Both the position numbers and the translations under genes were made by a program. Of a stretch of DNA of 64,000 nucleotides, positions 53,443 through 63,329 are shown one piece after another. A model generated the notes under the pieces. That model was not told the origin of the DNA and made no database searches. It worked only from the letters and a program-made list of their open reading frames with translations. Within the stretch, counting starts at the first letter, position 1; the number at the start of each line of letters is the position of its first letter. Source of the stretch: Carcharhinus amblyrhynchos. Its lineage: Eukaryota. The stretch covers positions 26,040,001-26,104,000 of the forward strand of contig OZ336873.1 in NCBI GenBank assembly GCA_965287045.1, read 5' to 3'.

Positions 53443-54073
53443 CTATCTTACTGCATGAACATTCACCTTATTTGCGTAGACCTAATTTGAAAAATTTAAT
53501 TTTATGTAAAAAAAGAGATTACAAAAAAATATGTTATCATCAAGCAATGAATAATCCAGGCAGCTTTTTTTTCCCTGGCATTTTGGTGGAGTGTGATAAG
53601 GCTAAAAACAACAGGCTGCTCAGTAAAGTGAAAAAAAGAGAGATAGATAACATTGATATGCACTCCTACACAAAACAGTCCAACCCTTATCTTTGCTTTT
53701 TATCACAGTTCTTTTTTTTACACAACCAGACTGGAAGCTCCTTTAATAAAACACCATGAGAGGGAAAAATAGACGTGAAGTTCTAACTCTCCCCCTTTAA
53801 AAAAAAAGGAAACATAATTTATCAAGGTATTATCGAGAAATCCAGACACCCTAATCAGCTCCCATGAAGTCAGTATTTCCATTCTTATCTAGTGGAGGAG
53901 TGGAAATGGAGAAGTGATTGTCAGAGCTGTGCAGATTACTGGAGCGGAATGCTAATGGAAGACAAGGCTCGACCATTGGTCGCTTAGTACTTGCTATCAG
54001 CACCATTATCAAAGCTTATCAATGCAACCATCGCTTCATAGTAATGGGGCCAGTTCAACTTTCTGCATTATCA
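53443..54073. promoter_or_regulatory. Candidate GATA-dependent intronic enhancer
   Basis: 13 WGATAR sites in 631 bp of non-repeat sequence, about 3 kb downstream of the zfpm1 ATG. Confidence 0.65.
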
Positions 54074-56353
54074 TATAGCAAACCTGCCCAAGAGGCCTAC
54101 ACCAGGAGAATGCTATCCAGCTCAGAAAGGGAGACAGAGGCAAAGAGGGGAAAAAAAGGAAAAGCAATAATGGCAGCAGCAGCAAAAAGTGGAACCACAG
54201 AGAAGTGGATACACAGAGAGGGGGAAAGGGAGTGAAATACATAAAGACACATATATGTGTGTGTAGGGGAACTGGAATGATTAATAAAAAAATTGCAGGA
54301 AGCAAAAGAGACAAAAAAACCAGGGTAACAAATAGTAACTGTGGAAAAGTAATGAAAAAGAATTTAAAAGTAAGGAACCACCTAGAGAAAGCAATTAGGT
54401 GAAGAGACGAGAAAAGCGAATATTGAGCAAAATCAAAGACAGAGATGAAAGACTACTAACATTAGATAATAAACAACTGGAAAGGAATAAGACAAAAAGA
54501 ACAAAATGAAAAATCACTAAAAAGACACACTGTAAACATTATGCAGAACAAATGATCTCAAGTACATTACATTCTTTACTTTCACAATGTAGCTGATACT
54601 AGATATTCTTACAGTTGCCACATAAAGTTTGTTTTAATAAAGTTTCCAAACGATCAGCAGCAACTTTCAATGATTAATGTGAAATTATTTTGACAAAAAG
54701 GACAGTTAAGGCCAAACATTTTCTTTCAAATACACCATTGAATGGCAAGTCATTAACTTAGAAGTTTGCACAAAAACGATGAATACCAGTGCATTAATCA
54801 AAGTTATCCAGCTTGCCAGATAGCACTCAGCATTAACCTTGCAATTAAAGACAAATACAGTATCTTAGCTATGAGGACATCTCAAATACAGCCTTTTGGA
54901 TCTAGAGGCCAACCTGGATACAAGAATGCATGCAAAAGAGGCCAAGAATATCAAAATACTCTTCAGTTTGTACATTTTACTATAATTACTGTTATTCAAA
55001 AAAATACTCAGCACAGAGAGAGGACTGACTGTTCCAGTAATCTGTGAATAACAGACATTATACAATCACCACTAAATCATATTTCCAAATAGGTACTTAT
55101 TTTCACATTTTGTTATCTGCTCAATTATGTAATTTCACTTTTGTAATCATAAGGTTCTTTTTCTACTTACTTCTTACTGTCGATCATTATATAATGTACG
55201 CAATTGTCAGCAAGATAAACTTAATAGAGTCCTATTTCAGTTTATTTTACCTCCCACCAAAACCTACATTTCCCAAGTAGACTTTGCATCAGATTTTCTC
55301 AGTTATACACAATATCCCTTCGTATCTGCTACGGCGCAAGCTGTTCAAATCCAGTTCAAGATCAACTTCTGCCAACAAATAGAGGCTCAATCTTAAAAGA
55401 CACAATGTACATTTCCATAAAGCATGACAGTGTCAATAGTCAGCCCATCACCCAAAACTCTTAAGCTGTTGCCTGTTTCCAAATATGATCTGTACGCTTT
55501 TGTCATCTGTTTAAAATGATGCCGCATTTTAAGCAGTTTATCAAGTCTCGAGCCTTTAAATCAGAATGATCTTTAAGTGAAGCAGAAGATTGACCAATAC
55601 ACTGGATTATCAATAACTGAAATCTAACAGGTCATCAGTTTTTCTCATTTGCGGGGTCATTTTTCTTGTAACTTTCACCTGTGAATCTTTTCCAATCACC
55701 TTTGGGATCGAGTACAAAAGGAGAATAAAAAATACTGATAACAGCAGTGTTAGGGTGACAGTCACTCAAAACACCAGGACAAATTTTGACAATTCAAAAT
55801 TCCACATTAAACATTAATTATGAATGCTCATGTGATATACAACTGGACATTCTGTCCAAAGACCTGCTACATTTATCCAGCTGTTAAACCTGGTTGGTGA
55901 AAAAAAACAAAGTATATTCTACTGCTTTGAGCCACTTGTGATGTATCTTTTACACAAATGATCAATAAATTACTAATGTTATGTAATGTTCTACATTTGT
56001 TTTCATCCAGTGATGAAATTAACTTAAGAAAAACTACTACCTGAGTCCTAGCTGCCACAGAGCATCATTGCAAGTCAAAAGAAGGCTACACAGAATCTCA
56101 TGAAATTAACAAGCGACATAAATAGTTTGAGCCTAATGCCAGGTGGTGAAATGATTAAAAAGAAAGCTATCTACAGATGCCTTTCCCGTCTCTCCACGAT
56201 ACAATGAACTCAATGTTACATATAAAGAAATCAACGGTATTAATATAATAGCTTAACGATGGCATCGATTACATCAGCAGACTTTCTGGGGTTTTTTTGT
56301 TTTTTTAAATTTCTTTGTATTTCTATAACCGTCCCACTCGGTACCTCTCCAGT

Positions 56354-56640
56354 CTGGTATGAACTGATAAGAACTGTTATCGCACTTGGCAATCTATATC
56401 AGGACCTAGATCAAGCCTCCGGCTTATCGTGTTTTCTCATCACCCAGTCTACAGTCAAACAAGCTCTACTTTTGTTCAATGTTTCCTTTAGCAGAAAAAT
56501 AGAGTCGTCATCAGAAAAGAGGGGGCTCTATTTTTTTTAAAAAAGTAAAACAAAAGCAAACCCATGCTAAAAGGAGGGGAAATTGAGAATATAGAGAGCT
56601 GGCGATTGTTGCTGCGATACAAAAGCACCAGATAAGTAAA
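56354..56640. promoter_or_regulatory. Proximal intron-1 GATA/TAL1 composite element
   Basis: CTG-N8-TGATAA at 56354-56370, followed by an inverted TTATCG (56377). Further TTATCG (~56424) and AGATAA (~56630) sites. Confidence 0.5.
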
Positions 56641-56649
56641 TGATGACCG

Positions 56650-57380
56650 ATTATTTTTAGCTTGCACTGGTTCGCTGGCGAGGTCGCCTGTGAAATATAT
56701 ATCCTGTGCCTCCTACTTCTGATCAGAAATACGAACACCTGCCTGGAAACGGTGGCTCCGAAGCGGAGAGGAGAGACGCCGCGGCACTGACAGACGGCAG
56801 GAGAGTTTGTGAAGTGAGCAGAAGAGCAGGCAAAGCGACAAACTCACGTTTAATCTGCCGGGGGTTACTCTGTTTCCTCCTGGACATTGTGGCTGCCGGT
56901 TGCCTGCCTTGATTAGGGAGGAGGGGGTGGATGGGTGGGGAGTTGGAGAAAGGGGGTAGGTTTACGGGTAGACAACCGTGCTTTGCACTCGCAGCATGTC
57001 ACTGGGGCAAGAGGGAGAGCGCAGCCTGAGCACGGCACTGAGTGAGCAGAGCCCGGGAGCGGGAGCAGCAACAGCCGCCGCGGCGCAGCGAGCCATTCAC
57101 AAGCGGCGCGTAGTAACAACTCACCCGATACACTGTATCCACTCCGCCGTCTGACGTCACGCCGCCCACCGCCGCCATGGCAACGGGGCAGCCTCGAGCC
57201 GTGCGTCAGGACGCAGCTAGGTAAACAAAGGCCGCGTGACGTCACACGCTCCACCTGTTCTTCTCTTCCCCCCCCCCGTGGAGTTAAGAGCCCACCTGAG
57301 CAGGCACAGATACACATAGACATCAAGCAGCCGATCAATTAACCGCAATAAGCATGGAATCTGTGTTTTACGGGCGGGCC
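56650..57380 (-). promoter_or_regulatory. zfpm1: CpG-island promoter / 5' UTR of zfpm1
   Basis: The only strongly CpG-rich unique stretch in the window. It contains two full CRE palindromes TGACGTCA (57152-57159, 57237-57244), a half CRE at 57202, an RFX X-box-like GTTGCCATGGCGGC (57171-57184, minus), FOX GTAAACA (57221-57227), CACCTG E-boxes (57252, 57293) and a GC box (57372). The exact TSS cannot be determined. Confidence 0.85.
56848..56887 (-). CDS. zfpm1: ZFPM1/FOG1 coding exon 1 (NuRD-binding N-terminal motif)
   Basis: The reverse complement reads gccacaATG TCC AGG AGG AAA CAG AGT AAC CCC CGG CAG ATT AAA C|gtgagt = MSRRKQSNPRQIK plus a phase-1 donor. This matches the FOG1 N-terminus (FOG2 has SKPRQIK; SALL, BCL11 and ZNF423 differ after MSRRKQ). 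The 40-nt coding exon lies in a CpG island and is too short for the ORF track. Confidence 0.95.
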
Positions 57381-57970
57381 AAATTTTTCACTCAGGTGTC
57401 CAGCAGTGCCAAGTTTTTTACTTGGGTAGATCAGGTTTTCATTGAAGTGTATTGGCAGTTTTCACTCAGGTCTCCAGGTTTCACTTAAAGTGTTGGAGTT
57501 GAGTCAATTTTTCGCAAAGGTGCACAGATAGACCAAGTTTTCGCTCAGATAGGTCAAGTTTTCGTTCAGATGTGCAGGTAGGTCAAGTTTTCACTTGGGT
57601 GTACAGATAAGTCAGATTTGGTTGGTCAGGTTTTCACTCACGTGTCCAGGTTTCACGAAGGTGTCCAGTTAGGCCAAGTTTTCACTCAGGTATACAAGTA
57701 GGTCAAGTTTTCACTCAGGTGCACAAATGGGTCAAGTTTTCACTTGGGTGTACAGATAGATCAGGTTTTCACTGAGGGGTATTGGTCGGTCAGGTTTTCG
57801 CTCAGGTGCACAGATAGATCAGGTTTTCACTGAGATGTATTTGGTCGGGTATGTTTTCACTCAGGTGTCCAGGTTTCACAAAGATGTCTAGTTTGGTCAA
57901 GTTTTCACTCAGGTGCACAGGTAGTCCAAGTTTTCACTCGGGTGCAAAGTTAGGTCAACTTTTCACTTAG
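57378..57970. repeat. Degenerate 29-bp minisatellite array (~20 units)
   Basis: Consensus GGTCAAGTTTTCACTCAGGTGCACAGATA. Exact 29-bp period at 57672, 57701, 57730, 57759, 57788 and 57817; some units are shortened. Confidence 0.92.
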
Positions 57971-60402
57971 GAGCAGTAACATCCGTTTCTGTCATTGAAA
58001 ACTTGACCAATCATTACAAAAAAGATGCACATCTAACCCCTCATGAGAAAAATACGCAGCTGCTCCATTTGTTTAGTTTGATTTACAAGCTATCACGTTC
58101 TTTGTCATCGCAAATGCAATCTTAACTTTTCTTTGGCAAGTTTTTTTAAAAACAGCCCCTCACACAAGTGGAATTCCATATTTACAACTCTCCAAAACTA
58201 GCTACAGCGGTACTCTTGATCGGGACTGCACATTCTCTCCCTATAAAAGTGGCAGGGACATGTATGCTCCCCCTCTAGGAACTGAGGCACTGACTAGGGA
58301 AGCAATGTGTTCAGGCCCTGCCAATCAATGTGTTGTTCACAGAGGCACTGCCTGCTGGAGTTTTATTGGTTAAATACAAAGCACATTGCTGATGCTGGAA
58401 ATCTAAAATAAAATCTGAAAGTGCTGGAAATATTCAACAGGTCTATCACCATCTGTGGAGAAGAAAACAGAGTTAACATTTCGAGTCGAGTATGATTCTT
58501 TAAAAATTTAAACACTTCAAACGTTGTACAGCTTTCCAGCAGGGTACTGCTAAACTTTTCCCTGCCTATCCAGCAAAGACTTCGACAAAATGCAGGAATT
58601 GAAATTAACAATTTGAGCAGGAAACTGTGGATTTTGATGTTTGTCAGCTAAAATTGCAGAAGATTAAACAGGTCAGAGGCCAAAACAGGCTAAGCACCGC
58701 TATTTTATCTGAATGCATATTGACTTCTAAAATCACTTATACACACATGCCTCAATTGCAGCTGCTAAGCAATTTTCTGTGACCCCTGCAGTACACTGAT
58801 TTTATATCTGACAGAAAATGCAATCAGTGTTCAGGAAAGATCTCTCAGATATTAGATACAACCATCGGCATGATTACCCTTCATATTTAGAAATTGCACT
58901 TGAACACTCGGACATCAGAGGCAGTACAATGGCACTTATGATAGCAATTCAATGATGTCTAACTCGTATATGAGTGCCACAGAAAATTACCATGTAGGTA
59001 ATAGGGTACTACACAACCCACAAATAAAGATTGACTTCAGCAATACTAGTAATAAATTGACATTACTTTAATTTTTTTAATGTTAAGGTGGCGTATGATC
59101 CTCCCAGTTTCACTTTTCTCGAAATACCCAGGTTCCAGCATCTCATGACTGGGAGATATGGGCTGTATATGAAAATCTTTGTTTTGCACAACCTGTGCAT
59201 TAAGGCTGGAGAGTAATATAACGTGCTAGAAATTAGTTCACACTGGCTGACCAAGCTGAAAAGATTGATTCTTGCTTCTGAAGAAATAGACCTGAGACTC
59301 ATCTGTTATTAGGTTTGATAAATTACACCAGTGAGCTGTAGTTTCCTGCTGGATGTTTCTGAGCAGCTTGTTAGCAAAATGCCCCCAATATTCTAATGAA
59401 CCTATGCTTTCTGTCTGCCATAATGGAGGTATAGGTGTCAAAAATAGGTCATTGAGCCTCAAGCCCAGAGGCCCAGCATACTGATCAGGCAGGACTTTGG
59501 AATGATCAAACAGTGCTTCAGATGACTGGCAAATACCTCATATATGCCTCTGAAACAATGGCCAAAGTAATAATGTGCTGCATTCTGCAGAACATTATCA
59601 TTGCTAATTTACATCAATTGATTAAACTTCAGGAACCAGAGCAGAGAAATATGAAGACATCCACGTTTAACGCCACACGGAAAGAAGATGTATGTGAAGC
59701 AACAATCATTGGTGCGTGGCTTGTTCCCCTGAGCAGTGGGCATCGTATATATCTCATTTTGTTTTCTAGAGTACGTCAATCAAATTAATTGAATTGCTCT
59801 ACAGAGCCAGCAAGGACTCTCCATTGGCCACAAATTCTGATGGAGTGGCAATTGAGGTGATTCTATCTCGCCCAACCTACCTATCCAGGCCAGGCAAGAT
59901 CTGGGCAATGCAGAATGTTCCTGGGGCCTAGTGCCAAGGCCTGTAGAATAGGTCAAAGCTAGTAAACCTCACCCTTTTTTTTAACAGCACAACTACTGTG
60001 AACTAGAGCCTGATTTCTAGGCCTACTGGGGAGTGCAATCAGTGGTAGCAGGAGCAGATGCAAAATCCATTTCTGCCCATGATTGGCTTCCGACATCAAT
60101 TTTATACTAGCTGACCAATTAATTGCTAGCCAGCATGAAAAGCCTGCTGAGACACTCTGAGCACTGCTGACAGGGCAGGAAGGGGATCAGCAACAGGACG
60201 AAGTAGGGGACAGATGGGGGGGAGGGGTTTAAATGAAGTTCCCTGAAGGCTGACAGTTGTTCAACAGCCTCAGGGAGCTGTTTGAATATTTAGGGGCCTG
60301 ACTACTTTTTCCAGTTATTGTGCTGTCCATAGTGTCAGCAATATGCCATCTGCACCTGCGGCACATGCCAGGTGGGATCGAAAGGCCCAGGGCTAGTCCA
60401 TC

Positions 60403-62407
60403 CCCTGCTTTTCTGATGAGTCTCTGCAGGTTCTGCCGAGGCAGTCAGTGCACAGCATGACAATGTGCTGTCGCAAGACAGAAAGAGGAGGTCTGGATAG
60501 AGGTGGCAGGTCAGGTCAGCGGACATGATGTCAAATGAAGGACCTGAATCCAGTGAAGGAAAAAGTTCCATGACCTTCTGTGTTTTGCCACAGTAAGTGC
60601 TAGTTCCGGCTGGAACTGTGGACAGATGTCTTTGTGGGCATTAGCGCTCGCTGGCTGAGCGAGTGGGCGAGGACATGGCAGATGGACAAGTGTGAGGTTA
60701 TCCGCTTTGGCAGGAATAATAGTAGGAGGGATTACTATTTAAAGGGCGAAAAGCTGCAGCATGCTACGGTGCAGAGGGACCTGGGGGTCCTTGTGCATGA
60801 GTCGCAAAAACCCAGTCTGCAGGTGCAGCAGGTGATCAAGGTGGCGAATGGGATGCTGGCCTTCATAGTGAGGGGGATAGAATATAAAAGCAGGGAGGTC
60901 TTGCTGCAACTGTACAAGGCACTGGTGAGGCCGCAGCTGGAGTACTGTGTGCAGTTTTGGTCACTGCACTTGCGCAAGGATATTTTGGCCTTGGAGGGAG
61001 TGCAGAGGAGGTTCACTAGGCTGATACCGGAGATGAGGGGGTTGGACTATGAAGAGAGGCTGGATAGACTGGGTCTGTACTTGTTGGAGTTTAGAAGGAT
61101 GAGGGGAGATCTTATAGAGACGTATAAGATAATGAAGGGGATGGATAGGGTAGCGGTAGAGAGATTCTTCCCGCTCAGAAAGGACAGCAGGACTAGAGGG
61201 CACAGCCTCAAAATAAGGGGGGAGCAGTTTAGAACGGAATTGAGGAGGAACTTCTTCACTCAAAGGGTGGTGAATCTCTGGAATTCTCTGCCCATTGAAG
61301 TGGTGGAGGCTACCTCGCTAAATATATTTAAGACACGGGTAGATAGGTTTTTGGTAGGCAAGGGAATTAAGGGTTATGGGGAGAAAGCAGGAAAGTGGAA
61401 CTGAGCCACTTCAGATCAGCCATGATCTTATTGAATGGCGGGGCAGGCTCGAAGGGCTAGATGGCCTACTCCTGCTCCTATTTCTTATGCTCTTATGTTC
61501 TATGGTGCTCAGCAGCATGAAATGCAGAGTGTAAATTGACTTGTATTCCTGTGCCTCGAAAGGTTACATGTGGTTAGACTGAGTGGCTGGCATGCATGTA
61601 AAATTGAGGCATGGCAGCGTGATGGCACTTGAATCAGTGTCTTTTGTGGGGAAGCTAGTATGTTCCAGCATTTCGAGGGGGGTTCTTAAGAACGTACCTT
61701 TGTCCTTGCAGGAGAAGAGGAGTCACAATGTGCAGGAACAACGACTGACAGGTGATGATGTCTCAAATCTTCTGCTGTTGAGTCAGGTAGAAGAGCAAGT
61801 ACTGAAGATGATATGTGAACATGGAGTCAAGTCTACTGATCAAGGAGAAGAGGCAAAGAGTCCAGTGAAAACAGAAAAAATTGAGGGAAGGTATAAGGGA
61901 TGAAGGACAGTAGTTGTAAGACTGGCATATGAAATCCATTGCTCACCCTTTGGAAGTCTTTGCTCAGCCAGACGTACATTCTGAGAAGCAACCAGACTGC
62001 ATGCAGTCTGACTTCATAATGCTGTTTGTGACTGACATTTTTTCTTCGTCTCTCAAATGAAACATTTTCTAGACCCCAGAAGGACCCCAAGGATCATTCC
62101 TTAACCTGTGATGATGACCTGCAGCCAAATCATCTGCATCATGTCTTCCCTCTGCACCAGTGAAGATACAGGCACATCAGGCATTTGTATTTTGGAGCAG
62201 ATGGTAGTGCACAGTGGTGAAGGCATGAGGAACTGGCGGAAGAAGAGTGGGACGATTGCTGAAGACCAGGACAATGATGAGGCTCTGGAATCATCCATCA
62301 GACAGCAAATGCTGGATGTCAAGCGAGATCCATGTAAAGGTCTCACAGAGATTGCTGAGGATCTGCGTGCCATGGTCTTTATATTGGAGGAGTCATGCAG
62401 AGCATGA
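60403..62407 (+). pseudogene. Spliced Myb/SANT-like (Harbinger DNA-binding protein, NAIF1/MSANTD-like) pseudogene
   Basis: Exon ~60403-60592 PCFSDESLQVL-EAV...VWIEVAGQVSGHDVK*RT*IQ*RKKFHDLL|GTAAGT (phase 0). Exon from 61712 after tgtccttgcAG: EKRSHNVQEQRLTGDDVSNLLLLSQVEEQVLKM. Later coiled-coil-like QQMLDVKRD...LRAMVFILEESCRA. Stops and frameshifts throughout. Confidence 0.75.
60652..61504 (+). mobile_element. Young 5'-truncated CR1 LINE inside the Myb pseudogene intron
   Basis: Open ORF2 C-terminus (RPQLEYCVQFW...RTRGHSLK...GYGEKAGKWN*) and 3' TTCTTATG-type repeats. Close relative of 14245-15343. Confidence 0.95.
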
Positions 62408-63329
62408 GCATTCATCGGCCCACAGCTCTGAATGCACTGTTTCCTCCATAGCAGAAAGTGATGATTCTCATGGACTGGCTGCCTCAGGAAGTCATGGAGG
62501 AATTTCCTCCATGACATTCATATCTGCGTGCCCAAGCACTTGCAGTGACCTCAGCAGGTCACTCAATGTAAAAGATGAATGAGGCACCCCTCCATCTATA
62601 GCGAGCAGGGAGGTTCAAACCAATCTCATGTTTCTAGATGACCTGCAGCTTTGTTGATCTGTGGGGTCTTCCCAAGGTCTTCCTGATAATGGCAGCAGCC
62701 TCTCTGCCCATCTGCCATTGACCTTCACAACTGAGGATATTGTGAGGACTGAGCAGTGTCCAGCCATGTTGCTGGACACTCCCACCTAGACGGGCCTACA
62801 CAGGCTCTGGCAACCAGAGAACAGCCATCACTGATGGGGCATCAGACTCAGCAGCCTGCCTCCAATCCAGAGAGGGGGGATACCAAGGTGTGGCATTCAC
62901 AAGTGAAAACTTAAGTCTATGATCACATGGGGGATTGCACGAGTGATTATTGTTTCTTTGACCACATAATGATGCATGTATATCTCATCCTTCAACATTA
63001 AAATGTTGTTAAATCCTATTGGTTTGAGCCTTGGGCTGATGGGGGTTAGTTTAAGTAAAGCCAGACCTTGTATGTTTGGAGGGTGGGTGGTGGATGATGT
63101 GAGTCATCAGGCCTTGGAGAGAGGGGGGTGGGTTGGGCTTGTGGAGAGGAAGGGTTGTCAGGCCGGGTTGGGCCTTGGGGAAATAGGGGTCTAGTTGGAG
63201 GTTGTGCAGAATCCCATGGGAGGGGTGGAGGTGGAATTCCTTGTGGGGATGGAGTTGGTAGTTGTGGTTGGTATAATAGTTAACCAAAAGCTAGAAGTGG
63301 TTTTGATTTTTCTGTTTATAAGTCCTAGA

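Larger units (their letters stand above)
9859..56847 (-). other. zfpm1: zfpm1 intron 1 (46,989 bp)
   Basis: GT..AG boundaries between the two phase-compatible exons. No other convincing coding exon was seen inside. Confidence 0.85.
60006..62950 (+). mobile_element. Decayed PIF/Harbinger transposon (left part)
   Basis: Left end GAGCCTGATTTC (10/12 match to the TIR at 48096). Contains the Myb/SANT pseudogene. The right end was not found. Confidence 0.65.

Noticed and set aside
56848-56887. Assignment to ZFPM2, SALL, BCL11 or ZNF423/521
   Set aside because: SNPRQIK followed by RS...ME fits FOG1. FOG2 reads SKPRQIKRP, and the other families lack PRQIK.
56913-57338. 141-aa minus ORF over the promoter
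   Set aside because: It is a GC-rich chance ORF with a non-ATG start, out of frame with zfpm1, and has no recognisable domain.
57378-57970. CRISPR-like array
   Set aside because: Units are head-to-tail degenerate copies with no unique spacers, there are no cas genes, and the context is a vertebrate genome.
58190-58360. LF-SINE-like fragment upstream of the promoter
   Set aside because: The similarity to the recalled consensus is too weak to support without an alignment.
63051-63287. Harbinger transposase C-terminus (GILHNL resembling the CxxLHN motif)
   Set aside because: It is only a 4-residue resemblance in low-complexity sequence, with no other DDE motifs visible.
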